A stretch of DNA of 64,000 nt from Polyangiaceae bacterium (GTDB taxonomy: Bacteria > Myxococcota_A > Polyangia > Polyangiales > Polyangiaceae). The DNA is taken from contig JAICTZ010000038.1 in NCBI GenBank assembly GCA_025936115.1, forward strand, positions 1,975 through 65,974, written 5' to 3'. Shown piece after piece: positions 7,901 through 15,038 of the stretch. The notes below the pieces were generated by a model, which saw only the letters and a program-made list of their open reading frames with translations, made no database searches and was not told the DNA's origin. The position numbers and the translations under genes were made by a program. Position 1 is the stretch's first letter, and each line of letters starts with the position of its first letter.

Positions 7901-8713
7901 ATGGCAACCGTAGCAACTCACGAAGAGCGAAAGCGCGCACTCGAGGCCGCGCTCCACGAAGCCGACTCAGAAAATGATCGTGCGCGAGAAAAGATCGCGA
8001 CGGCGCAACGCGGGCAGGCCGCTGCGTATGCCGCGCGCAAGGCGCAACTGCAAGCCGACTTCGACGCGGAAAACGCTGCTCACTCGCGATCCGTCGCGCA
8101 GCAATTTCAAACCGCCACCGTGCCCGTTATCGCGCGCATTCACGCCGAACCCACACATGCCGATGCGCGGCAACTTGCCGAAATGGCAGCGTCGGCGCGC
8201 GCGGGTTGTATGGGCGTGCTCGGGCAAGAGTTCGACCTCGCCGCGCACTTGCGTCTCGCCGTCACGCGAGTCTTGGTGGCCGAGGACCCCGCACGCCTGG
8301 GCGCACTATCGCAGCCGCGTGAGGTAGGCATTCCGGATCCGATCGCGCTGCCCGCCGCAAAGGCAGCCGAGGCCGTCACTAGCCGTGACGCCGCCGCGAT
8401 CATTGTCGCTGTGGGCGCGCTGCAAAGCGCGCTACGCGCACAATCGGCGCGACCCACCGGCGACGCGGCGATCGGCCGCGAACGACTCGACGTGATTGCG
8501 TCCTTCGCTACGCGCTCGGAGATTTTCCTGGCGCTCGAGCGCTTCGAGGCGGAGCAAGCTCGGCTGAAACGCGAGCGTGACGCGGCCGATTGGCAACAGA
8601 CGCAGCGCGACGCCGACCTTGCGCGCAGCGGCGTCGATGTCCCGGGCCGTGAGCAAGCCTGGATCGAGGCCGTGAGGCGCATCGGCCGCGAAGTCGTGGC
8701 GCGGATCGTATGA
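7901..8713 (+). CDS. Hypothetical alpha-helical/coiled-coil protein
   Basis: 270 aa from the ATG at 7901 (a TTG at 7886 is also possible). It is Ala/Arg/Glu/Gln-rich helical sequence with no recognisable catalytic motif. Confidence 0.55.
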   Translation: MATVATHEERKRALEAALHEADSENDRAREKIATAQRGQAAAYAARKAQLQADFDAENAAHSRSVAQQFQTATVPVIARIHAEPTHADARQLAEMAASARAGCMGVLGQEFDLAAHLRLAVTRVLVAEDPARLGALSQPREVGIPDPIALPAAKAAEAVTSRDAAAIIVAVGALQSALRAQSARPTGDAAIGRERLDVIASFATRSEIFLALERFEAEQARLKRERDAADWQQTQRDADLARSGVDVPGREQAWIEAVRRIGREVVARIV

Positions 8714-8813
8714 CTCTTCGGTTGTGCGTCGCGGCGCGTGGTTCGCCCTGCGATCGTCGCAGGCTGCTGAGGCGGTCCAGCTCTCGTGTCGGCGGGCCGC
8801 GCACGCACAACCG

Positions 8814-8928
8814 ATCTAACTCTTTCGGCGCCACCCTGCGGCTGGCTCCCCGCGTGAACGGTCACGCGCTGCGGAGGCGGGTCGCACTCTTACCCGTGTC
8901 CGCAGGCAGGGTTGCGCCGAATCTAACT
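8814..8928. other. Nested-hairpin element flanked by 8-bp direct repeats
   Basis: ATCTAACT at 8814..8821 and 8921..8928. The outer imperfect inverted repeat is ggcgccaccctgcgg (8827..8841) with ccgcaggcagggttgcgcc (8900..8918). The inner perfect hairpin is cgcgtga-acgg-tcacgcg (8851..8868). Confidence 0.4.
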
Positions 8929-8963
8929 TCCCAGAGTGCCGCGGAAGCGCGCCGAGCAGCCGC

Positions 8964-9269
8964 GTGAAGCGCGTTGCGGCCGGCGCCGTCGCGCCCGAGC
9001 GTCTCGTGCTCACGCTTCGTAATCGTGACGGCGCAACGCTCGCGGAGCGTCTCGACTTCGGCACCGTGACGGCCGCGAGCATTCGAGTGCTCGACTCCGA
9101 CACTCGGTGGACGGCAACGATTCTCTCCGCCGCTTCCGACGAGCTCACGATCGCGCATCCGTTCGGCGCGCTCGACGTTCCGCGGCGCGCCTTGCTGCGG
9201 CTCTCCGTTGAGCTCGCTACCCCCGGCGGCCTGCGCCGGAGCGCACCCATTCCTCTCGAAGTGACCTAA
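8964..9269 (+). CDS. Hypothetical small beta-rich protein upstream of the fibre gene
   Basis: 101 aa with a GTG start. The alternating hydrophobic pattern (LVLTLRNRDGATL...IRVLDSDTRWTATILSA...LLRLSVELA) suggests a beta-sandwich. Confidence 0.5.
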   Translation: MKRVAAGAVAPERLVLTLRNRDGATLAERLDFGTVTAASIRVLDSDTRWTATILSAASDELTIAHPFGALDVPRRALLRLSVELATPGGLRRSAPIPLEVT

Positions 9270-9297
9270 CCGCGCCTCACCGCGCGAGCTATTTCCG

Positions 9298-9459
9298 ATG
9301 ATCGATGATCCGAAATCCGAGACGCCCGACGCGCAGCCGCGGCCCGAAGCGCCGTCCGACTGGGAGAGCGAGTTCTTTCGGGCGATCTGCGTAACCGACG
9401 AAATGGTTGCCGCCGCCGCGGCTGCCGCTGCCGCTGCCGCTGAGCCGGTGGAGCGCTAA
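9298..9459 (+). CDS. Small acidic protein with poly-Ala tract (below the ORF-track size cutoff)
   Basis: My own translation gives MIDDPKSETPDAQPRPEAPSDWESEFFRAICVTDEMVAAAAAAAAAAAEPVER. Its TAA overlaps the fibre gene ATG (TAATG at 9457..9461). Confidence 0.4.
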   Translation: MIDDPKSETPDAQPRPEAPSDWESEFFRAICVTDEMVAAAAAAAAAAAEPVER

Positions 9460-10514
9460 TGGGAATCCTCACAGAGTCGTCTACCTTCGACGCGGACATC
9501 ACGGTACCGGTGGGTGGCGAAGATCTGAACGCCGAAGTCTTGACGGCCGGATGCCTTCGCAAGCTCACGAATCGCACGCGCTACCTGCTGAACGGAATCA
9601 ACGGCTTTATCGTCGGCAACGGGCCCGGCGCTGACTACACGCCAACCGGCGACCCGATCCAAATTTTCGGCTCCGGCTTTCGCGTCATTGGCGCGCTCTT
9701 CCGCGCGACCGGCAACGTCGAGATCGGCAACGATGTAGGCGACAGTTTCACCGTCACGAGCACTTCATTTCTCAACGGCCCCGTCAACATGACTCAGGGC
9801 CTAACAATCGGCAGCGCCGACGACAACGGCCCAAGCAACAACGTTTACGGCAATATCACCTTTCGGCGCACGACGACGTTCGGCACCGCGGGAAGTCCTG
9901 TCACGGTCAATTCCTATGCGGAATGGACTCAAACCGGCAATTTTTCGATCGCCGGCGGCTCTGGCAACACCTTCGATTGCACCGCTGTGATTCACAGCCA
10001 TTCGGATGTGATCTTCGGCGGCAGCTCCAAGACTTTCACGTGCTCGATCCCGGCGCACTTCGACGACAACGCGCCGACCACCTTCGACGGTAACGTGACG
10101 CTCGGCAGCACTTCGAGCGATGCGATCACTGTCAAAGGCACCACGATGATCTCAGCGCCGGTAAGTACCAGCGGTAGCGGGCGACTCATCTATCGTCCGC
10201 TCACGGTGCTAAACGCCGACTACGAAATCAACGCGTCGAGCGCGCGAATCGTTTTCTTCAATTGCGGCGCACCGCATCCCGCCGCGACGGTGACTGTCAA
10301 TGACACGGGTCTGGTCGATGGCGACAAGTTCCGCATGTCGATGTCGCCCCTGTCATTGCCGTCCACCACAGCGCGATTCGTTCCGGGCCTCGGCTTGCCG
10401 GTGACGATCAAACGCAACACCTTCGCAAGCGACGGCCTCGGCTGGGCTGAGTTCGTACGTGTGGACGGCGTGTGGCAGCTCAGCGCCTTCGGCGGCCCGG
10501 TGGACTTCACGTAA
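9459..10514 (+). CDS. Tail-fibre-like beta-helical protein
   Basis: 351 aa. The N-terminal CLRKLTNRTRYLLNGI matches the LxNRTxYL motif common near the N-terminus of phage tail-fibre proteins. The body is Gly/Thr/Ser/Asn-rich with repeated G-N-x-T-F/V-x-G segments. GC is visibly lower than its surroundings. Confidence 0.6.
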   Translation: MGILTESSTFDADITVPVGGEDLNAEVLTAGCLRKLTNRTRYLLNGINGFIVGNGPGADYTPTGDPIQIFGSGFRVIGALFRATGNVEIGNDVGDSFTVTSTSFLNGPVNMTQGLTIGSADDNGPSNNVYGNITFRRTTTFGTAGSPVTVNSYAEWTQTGNFSIAGGSGNTFDCTAVIHSHSDVIFGGSSKTFTCSIPAHFDDNAPTTFDGNVTLGSTSSDAITVKGTTMISAPVSTSGSGRLIYRPLTVLNADYEINASSARIVFFNCGAPHPAATVTVNDTGLVDGDKFRMSMSPLSLPSTTARFVPGLGLPVTIKRNTFASDGLGWAEFVRVDGVWQLSAFGGPVDFT

Positions 10515-10684
10515 TGCGCGCGCGGCATCGTCGGCTGGCGATGCTTCGAGCTCACGAGCTCTTGAGCGAACTCGAGCGCGGCGGCGACGGCGCTCCGCCC
10601 GCTTGGGTGCTCAATGAGACGCGCGAAGCGCTCGGGCGTCACCTTGCAGCGTCACTTGTGCCGAAGCGCCGCCGCAAGCGGTGA
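10514..10684 (+). CDS. Small hypothetical protein coupled to the fibre gene
   Basis: 56 aa (MRARHRRLAMLRAHELLSELERGGDGAPPAWVLNETREALGRHL...). Its ATG overlaps the fibre stop (TAATG at 10512..10516). A chaperone role is speculation. Confidence 0.4.
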   Translation: MRARHRRLAMLRAHELLSELERGGDGAPPAWVLNETREALGRHLAASLVPKRRRKR

Positions 10685-10690
10685 GTGCTG

Positions 10691-10882
10691 CTAGCGCTCG
10701 ACGCAAAGCCAAGCGCAGTGCGAGTCGTCGCGGTCCGGGCAGTAGCAGAGCGCGCGCTGCCCAGTGCGACAGTTCGGTTGCACGTGAGTGGCACAGCCGC
10801 CTCGCACCGGCGGCGAGCTCGCGCCGCCAGCCGCAAGGCATAGCAGCGCGAGTCCCAGAACGACGACGAGAGCGCGTATCAC
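10691..10882 (-). CDS. Small secreted cysteine-rich peptide
   Basis: 63 aa from the GTG at 10882. It has a signal-like VIRALVVVLGLALLCLAAGG followed by about 40 residues with six Cys (C..C..CYC..C..C). The GTGA overlap with the upstream stop is at 10879..10882. Confidence 0.45.
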   Translation of the reverse strand: MIRALVVVLGLALLCLAAGGASSPPVRGGCATHVQPNCRTGQRALCYCPDRDDSHCAWLCVER

Positions 10883-11214
10883 GCCGCGCGCCCGATTTCG
10901 TCGAGGTAGGCGGCCACGTATATCGAACGCGCGGCCCGTCGCGCCAGCAGAACGCAGCATGTCGAGCCGGGATAGTCGTTTTCGGCTCGGAGCAAGTCAG
11001 TGAAGCAGGCGGCGGCATCCGCGGCAAAGTTGCCGTCGTGCAGCGCAGCGTCGGTGCCCCGCTCTTCGGGACTCGCGTCGAGCCACGCGCGCGCGTCCGA
11101 GCGGGCCTCCCGGTCGATCTCGCCGCGGATCAACTCTTTCAAAACTTCGACGCGGCTTTTTGTTTGGCGGTCTCGCGCTTCGGCCTCGGACGGGGGTAGA
11201 ACACTTTCAGCCAT
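10879..11214 (-). CDS. Hypothetical protein
   Basis: 111 aa with protein-like composition (MAESVLPPSEAEARDRQTKSRVEVLKELIRGEIDRE...). It is coupled to the downstream Cys-rich ORF. Confidence 0.5.
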   Translation of the reverse strand: MAESVLPPSEAEARDRQTKSRVEVLKELIRGEIDREARSDARAWLDASPEERGTDAALHDGNFAADAAACFTDLLRAENDYPGSTCCVLLARRAARSIYVAAYLDEIGRAA

Positions 11215-11382
11215 TGGGAAGGGTCCTTCTTTCCGGTGGTGAAGGGACTGCGGCGCGGGCTCTAATCCGCGCTGCGGCCCCGGCTTTTGATCGACGAGTA
11301 TCGCCGCAGTGTGGCGAGCATGTCAATGCCGAACTGCCGCACGCTCGACTGCATAGCAGCTAATAGCATTGGATAGCAGACT

Positions 11383-11652
11383 TCAGCGCTTGACTTTCGG
11401 GATTGCTGCACTGGATTGCGGTGCGCGCGGCCGCGTTGCTACGATGCTATTCGGCATCGTCGGTCGCGCCGTCGCCGATGAGGCCGTGGAACGCTGCAGC
11501 CGTTGTGCATGCTCGCCGGGCGGTTCGTCGGGCTTCGCGTGCGCGAGCATGGCGACGACCTGCTCTAAGAGTGCGTGCGCCCGTCGCGCTTCGCGCAGCT
11601 GATGGGTGAGCTCGGGGAACTCGGATACAATGGCGTCCGTCATGAGGGTCAA
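11383..11652 (-). CDS. Hypothetical protein (weak)
   Basis: 89-aa ORF. The N-terminal 45 aa look helical and protein-like, but the C-terminal half is low-complexity. GC3 is only moderate. Confidence 0.3.
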   Translation of the reverse strand: MTLMTDAIVSEFPELTHQLREARRAHALLEQVVAMLAHAKPDEPPGEHAQRLQRSTASSATARPTMPNSIVATRPRAPQSSAAIPKVKR

Positions 11653-11782
11653 CTCCTCGTGGCCGGGGCGTCGGCTGCTAGTAACAGCGCGGCGCCCGTT
11701 TTCAGGGGCGTGGTTTAGGTCGATGGTGGGCGGCCGACCGCGAACCGGCCCGGCGCTCGGCTGGCGTGTCGCCGAGGCATTG

Positions 11783-11824
11783 GTAGCGGCAGGAGTAGCG
11801 GCAGCTTGTTGGGGCTGCCGCTAC
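11783..11824. promoter_or_regulatory. Three copies of GTAGCGGCA (two direct, one inverted), candidate arm-type sites (right end)
   Basis: gtagcggca at 11783..11791 and 11795..11803, with the inverted copy tgccgctac at 11816..11824. The last two form a perfect 11-bp-stem hairpin (11795..11805 / 11814..11824), followed by a T-run at 11841..11849. It could alternatively act as a terminator. Confidence 0.4.
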
Positions 11825-11849
11825 GATCGCGAATCGAGCTTCTTTTTTA

Positions 11850-11896
11850 GTGGGCGGGACAGGGGTCGAACCTGCGACATCCGGTATGTAAAACCA
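11850..11896 (-). repeat. att-site direct repeat within the intact tRNA-Val
   Basis: Identical to 84..130. It covers tRNA positions 28..73 plus one nt 3' of the gene. Confidence 0.9.
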
Positions 11897-11922
11897 GCGC
11901 TCTGCCGCTGAGCTACCCGCCC
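11851..11922 (-). tRNA. tRNA-Val (anticodon TAC)
   Basis: The reverse complement folds as a cloverleaf: acceptor GGGCGGG/CCCGCCC, D arm GCTC-AGCGGCA-GAGC, anticodon arm CTGGT-TTTACAT-ACCGG, variable ATGTC, T arm GCAGG-TTCGACC-CCTGT, discriminator A. It is 72 nt and CCA is not encoded. Confidence 0.93.
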
Positions 11923-12137
11923 GGGGTTCGGGGGACCCGGACGCGCAGAGCCTAGCAGCGAAGTTTGCGGCGCGTGCGTGGAAGCTTGCTCGGCGCGGAG
12001 GGAACGCGCTCTGGGCGGACGCATGGGGAGAGCTGACGCAGTTTCGCCGCGGAAAATGCCGTGGGACCGCGGGCCGGGAGCGCCGAGTTGCGCCGAAGGC
12101 ATGGCGATGGGCAGGGGCGAGCCTTACGTTTTCTTAC

Positions 12138-13490
12138 GTGAAGCTTCGGCAGCACGTGGTCGTGATCGGCGGCGGCTTCGGCGGACTGGCCGTGACGCAG
12201 GCGCTCAAACGGGCGGACGTGCACGTGACGCTGGTCGATCGCTCGAATCACTTTTTGTTCACGCCGCTCCTCTATCAAGTGGCGATGGCGGGCCTCGCGC
12301 CGGCCGAGATCGCGTCGCCGACGCGGAGTTTGTTGCGCCATCAAGCGAACGCTCGTGTGCTCTTGGCGGAAGTGACCGAGGTGGATCTGGTCGCGCGCGA
12401 GGTGCATACGCGGGAGACTCGGCCGCTCGCGTACGACTATCTCGTGCTCGCTCCTGGCTCGACAAATGCGTATTTCGGGCACGACGAGTGGGTGAACGTC
12501 GCGCCGGGCCTCAAGGATCTCGACGACGCAGTCGAGATCAGGCGGCGCGTGCTCTTGGCGTTCGAGGCGGCCGAGCGCGAGACGGACGAAGCGGCGCGGC
12601 GCCGTCATTTGACGTTCGTCGTGATCGGCGGCGGGCCGACGGGCGTCGAGCTCGCCGGAGCGATCGCCGAGCTCGCGACCTTCGTGCTCGCTCGGGATTT
12701 CCGCTCGATTCGTCCGGATTCGACGCGCGTGATCTTGGTCGAAGGCTCCGAGAGCGTGCTCACCTCGTTCGGTCCCGAGCTCTCCGCGCGCGCGCTCGAG
12801 AGTCTTCGCGCGATGGGCGTCGAGGTGCGCCCGAAGACGCGTGTGACGAACATCGACGCGCGAGGCGTCGAATGCGGGGGGGAGCGCATCGACGCGTCGA
12901 CCGTGCTCTGGGCGGCTGGCGTGCGCGCGGCGCCCCTCGGGGCGTCGCTCGGCGTGCCGGTCGACAAGCAGGGGCGCATCGTCGTCGAGCAGGACTGCAG
13001 CATCCCTGGTCATCCGGAGGTCTTTTGCATCGGTGACGCCGCGCTCTTCGTGCCCGCGGGCGAAGAGCAGCCACTGCCGGGGGTGAGTCCTGTCGCGATG
13101 CAGCAGGGGCGCTTCGTCGCGAAGAAGATCGCTCGTCAGGTCGACCGCCAGCCGAGCGCGCAGACCTTCAAGTACCTCGATAAAGGCATCATGGCGACGA
13201 TCGGCAGGAGCCGCGCCGTGGCGCGCATCGGCCGCATCCGGCTTTCGGGCTTCATCGCGTGGATCGCGTGGCTTTTGCTGCACATCGTCTACCTCATCGA
13301 TTTTCGCAATCGCGTTCTCGTGCTGATTGATTGGGCGTGGTCGTATTTCACGTACCAGCGCGGGTCGCGGCTGATTACCGGGCATCGGTTGCACGCGGGG
13401 ACACCCGGAGATCAGCTCGACCGGCAGGGTGAACCCGTTCCCGACAAACCGTTGAACGGTTTACCGCGGGTCGGGCACGACACGGCATGA
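12138..13490 (+). CDS. ndh: Type II NADH:quinone oxidoreductase (NDH-2)
   Basis: 450 aa. The N-terminal VVIGGGFGGLAVTQAL dinucleotide fold, NHFLFTPLLYQVA and a second GGGPTGVELAG motif are the classic NDH-2 layout. Confidence 0.9.
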   Translation: MKLRQHVVVIGGGFGGLAVTQALKRADVHVTLVDRSNHFLFTPLLYQVAMAGLAPAEIASPTRSLLRHQANARVLLAEVTEVDLVAREVHTRETRPLAYDYLVLAPGSTNAYFGHDEWVNVAPGLKDLDDAVEIRRRVLLAFEAAERETDEAARRRHLTFVVIGGGPTGVELAGAIAELATFVLARDFRSIRPDSTRVILVEGSESVLTSFGPELSARALESLRAMGVEVRPKTRVTNIDARGVECGGERIDASTVLWAAGVRAAPLGASLGVPVDKQGRIVVEQDCSIPGHPEVFCIGDAALFVPAGEEQPLPGVSPVAMQQGRFVAKKIARQVDRQPSAQTFKYLDKGIMATIGRSRAVARIGRIRLSGFIAWIAWLLLHIVYLIDFRNRVLVLIDWAWSYFTYQRGSRLITGHRLHAGTPGDQLDRQGEPVPDKPLNGLPRVGHDTA

Positions 13491-14353
13491 ACCTGGTTCG
13501 TTCCCGGGCCGCCCGTATGCGTTTGCTCGCGCTCGCCACGACCGTGGCCACGCCTGTGCTGCACGCGGAACCCGTTGCGACCGCGCCGCCCGCTGCTTCC
13601 GTGCCACCTGCCGCGAGTGCGCCGTCCGCCGCGCCGGCCGTCACCACGGCGCCGCCGGCTGCTGCCGCGCCGCCTGCCGCGATTGCGCCGCCGGCTGCGA
13701 CTGCGCCGCCGGCTGCGACCGCGCCGCCGGCGCAAGCTCCACAGCAGACGCCCGTCGCCGGCGGTATGAACGCGCAACCGTACGACGGGCCCCCGCTACT
13801 GCTCGGTTCAGGCAAGAAACACGTGGTCGGTGCATACGGCGGACTAGGTGTCGCCTACACGCACATGCTGCACCGCGACGGCGTCGTCAGCGATCTGGAG
13901 GTTGCGGTCCTCGCTGAGCACCGTTTGAGCCTCGGCCTCGCGGGATACGCCTTCTCGCGCACTCCGAGCGGGCCGCACGCGCTCGACGGGACGTCGCAGG
14001 AGTACGCGGCGGGCTACGGTGGCTTGTTGTTGCGCTACGCGGCCTTCGCCGATTTCCCCGTGTACGCCTCGATCGGCATGCTCCTCGGCGGCGGCGTCGT
14101 GAATCTACATGCGGCCGACTACTCGGGCTCCGATCACCACTCCGACGACTGCTGCTACGACTCGTACGACGAAAACGAAGGGTTCTTCGTGTTTCAGCCC
14201 GACATTTCGCTGCACGCGAACGCGACGCGCTGGCTCCGCTTCTCGGCGACGGGCGGCTACCGCGTCGCGACGGCTGCAAAGCGCTTCGGGTACGACGGGA
14301 CGGCCCTCGGCGGCGTGGTCGTCGGCGGCAGCGTCGAGCTCGGCTGGTTTTAG
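13487..14353 (+). CDS. Secreted Ala/Pro-repeat protein with outer-membrane beta-barrel-like C-terminal domain
   Basis: It has a signal peptide (RLLALATTVATPVLHA), a (A/P)PPAA-type repeat region, then alternating-hydrophobic strands ending in GSVELGWF (aromatic C-terminus). Its ATG overlaps the ndh stop (ATGA at 13487). Confidence 0.7.
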   Translation: MNLVRSRAARMRLLALATTVATPVLHAEPVATAPPAASVPPAASAPSAAPAVTTAPPAAAAPPAAIAPPAATAPPAATAPPAQAPQQTPVAGGMNAQPYDGPPLLLGSGKKHVVGAYGGLGVAYTHMLHRDGVVSDLEVAVLAEHRLSLGLAGYAFSRTPSGPHALDGTSQEYAAGYGGLLLRYAAFADFPVYASIGMLLGGGVVNLHAADYSGSDHHSDDCCYDSYDENEGFFVFQPDISLHANATRWLRFSATGGYRVATAAKRFGYDGTALGGVVVGGSVELGWF

Positions 14354-14417
14354 GCTGGAGCACGCATAGCCCCGAAAGGCGCCGTTCGGTGTCGAGCGGC
14401 GGTATGCTCGCTCCGGC

Positions 14418-15038
14418 ATGTCCGAGCGCCCATTTCTCGAAGCCGCGGCCAAGGAGCGCACGTCGGCGGCCGTTCGCCGCATCGAGGCCCAGACGGCCGT
14501 CGAGGTGGTCGTCGCCGTGCGGCGCAGGGCGGCGCGCTATCTCACGACGAGCATCGCGTTCGGCGCCGCCTGCGCCGCGCTCGCGTTCGCCGTGATGTGG
14601 TTCAGCCCGCGCGTCTACGACGTACGTACCATGCCGCTCGACGCCGCCCTCACGCTCGTCGTCGGCGCCGTCGCGGCGACCGCGCTGCCGGGCCTACGCC
14701 GGCTGCTCACACCGAAAGCGACGCTCGAGCGGCGCGCGCAACGCGCCGCACAGGAAGCGTTCTCGGAGCTCGGGATCGCGAAGACGCGCGGACGGACGGG
14801 ACTGCTCGTGTACGTGGCGCTCTTCGAGCGTGCGGCCGTGCTCGTCCCGGACAGCGGCATCCCCGCGGCCCTGGTCACGGGGTCGCTCGCGTCAATCGGG
14901 CGGGCGCTCACCGGCGCCGTCGCCGCGCTAGATATCGACGCCTTTCTTGCCGCGCTGGCCGAGCTCGGTCCTGCCGCTGCGGGCGTGCTCCCACGGCGAG
15001 CCGACGACGAGAACGAGCTGTGCGACGACGTGGCTTGA
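14418..15038 (+). CDS. TPM-domain-like membrane protein
   Basis: 206 aa. AAVRRIEAQTAVEVVVAV and GLLVYVALFERAAVLVPDSGIP resemble TPM (TLP18.3/Psb32/MOLO-1) motifs, split by two hydrophobic segments. Confidence 0.55.
   Translation: MSERPFLEAAAKERTSAAVRRIEAQTAVEVVVAVRRRAARYLTTSIAFGAACAALAFAVMWFSPRVYDVRTMPLDAALTLVVGAVAATALPGLRRLLTPKATLERRAQRAAQEAFSELGIAKTRGRTGLLVYVALFERAAVLVPDSGIPAALVTGSLASIGRALTGAVAALDIDAFLAALAELGPAAAGVLPRRADDENELCDDVA

Larger units (their letters stand above)
84..11896. mobile_element. Integrated element (~11.8 kb) at tRNA-Val, satellite-like or reduced prophage
   Basis: Bounded by a perfect 47-bp direct repeat derived from the tRNA. A tyrosine integrase lies next to one end, with xis-like, primase-like, SF3 helicase, XRE regulator and tail-fibre-like genes inside. 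GC looks lower by eye than the flanking chromosome. Confidence 0.8.

Noticed and set aside
9459-10514. Diversity-generating retroelement targeting the fibre gene.
   Set aside because: There is no reverse transcriptase gene and no template-repeat copy of the fibre 3' end anywhere in the element.
10220-10642. 140-aa ORF antisense to the 3' end of the fibre gene.
   Set aside because: It overlaps a well-supported gene, and the sense frame has the better codon bias and a recognisable motif.
11952-13394. 480-aa antisense ORF opposite ndh. Similar long antisense or out-of-frame ORFs occur at 15455..17353, 31376..32545, 54100..55371, 42119..43135 and 30272..31195.
   Set aside because: They are extremely Arg/Ala/Pro-rich and lack motifs. 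They lie opposite genes with clear family signatures. This is the expected stop-codon-poor artefact of ~70% GC DNA.
14597-15034. N-terminal 146-aa extension of the Tim44-like ORF.
   Set aside because: It is Arg-rich and overlaps the well-behaved TPM-like gene in another frame. The TTG at 15035, which overlaps the upstream stop, gives a signal/TM-type N-terminus.
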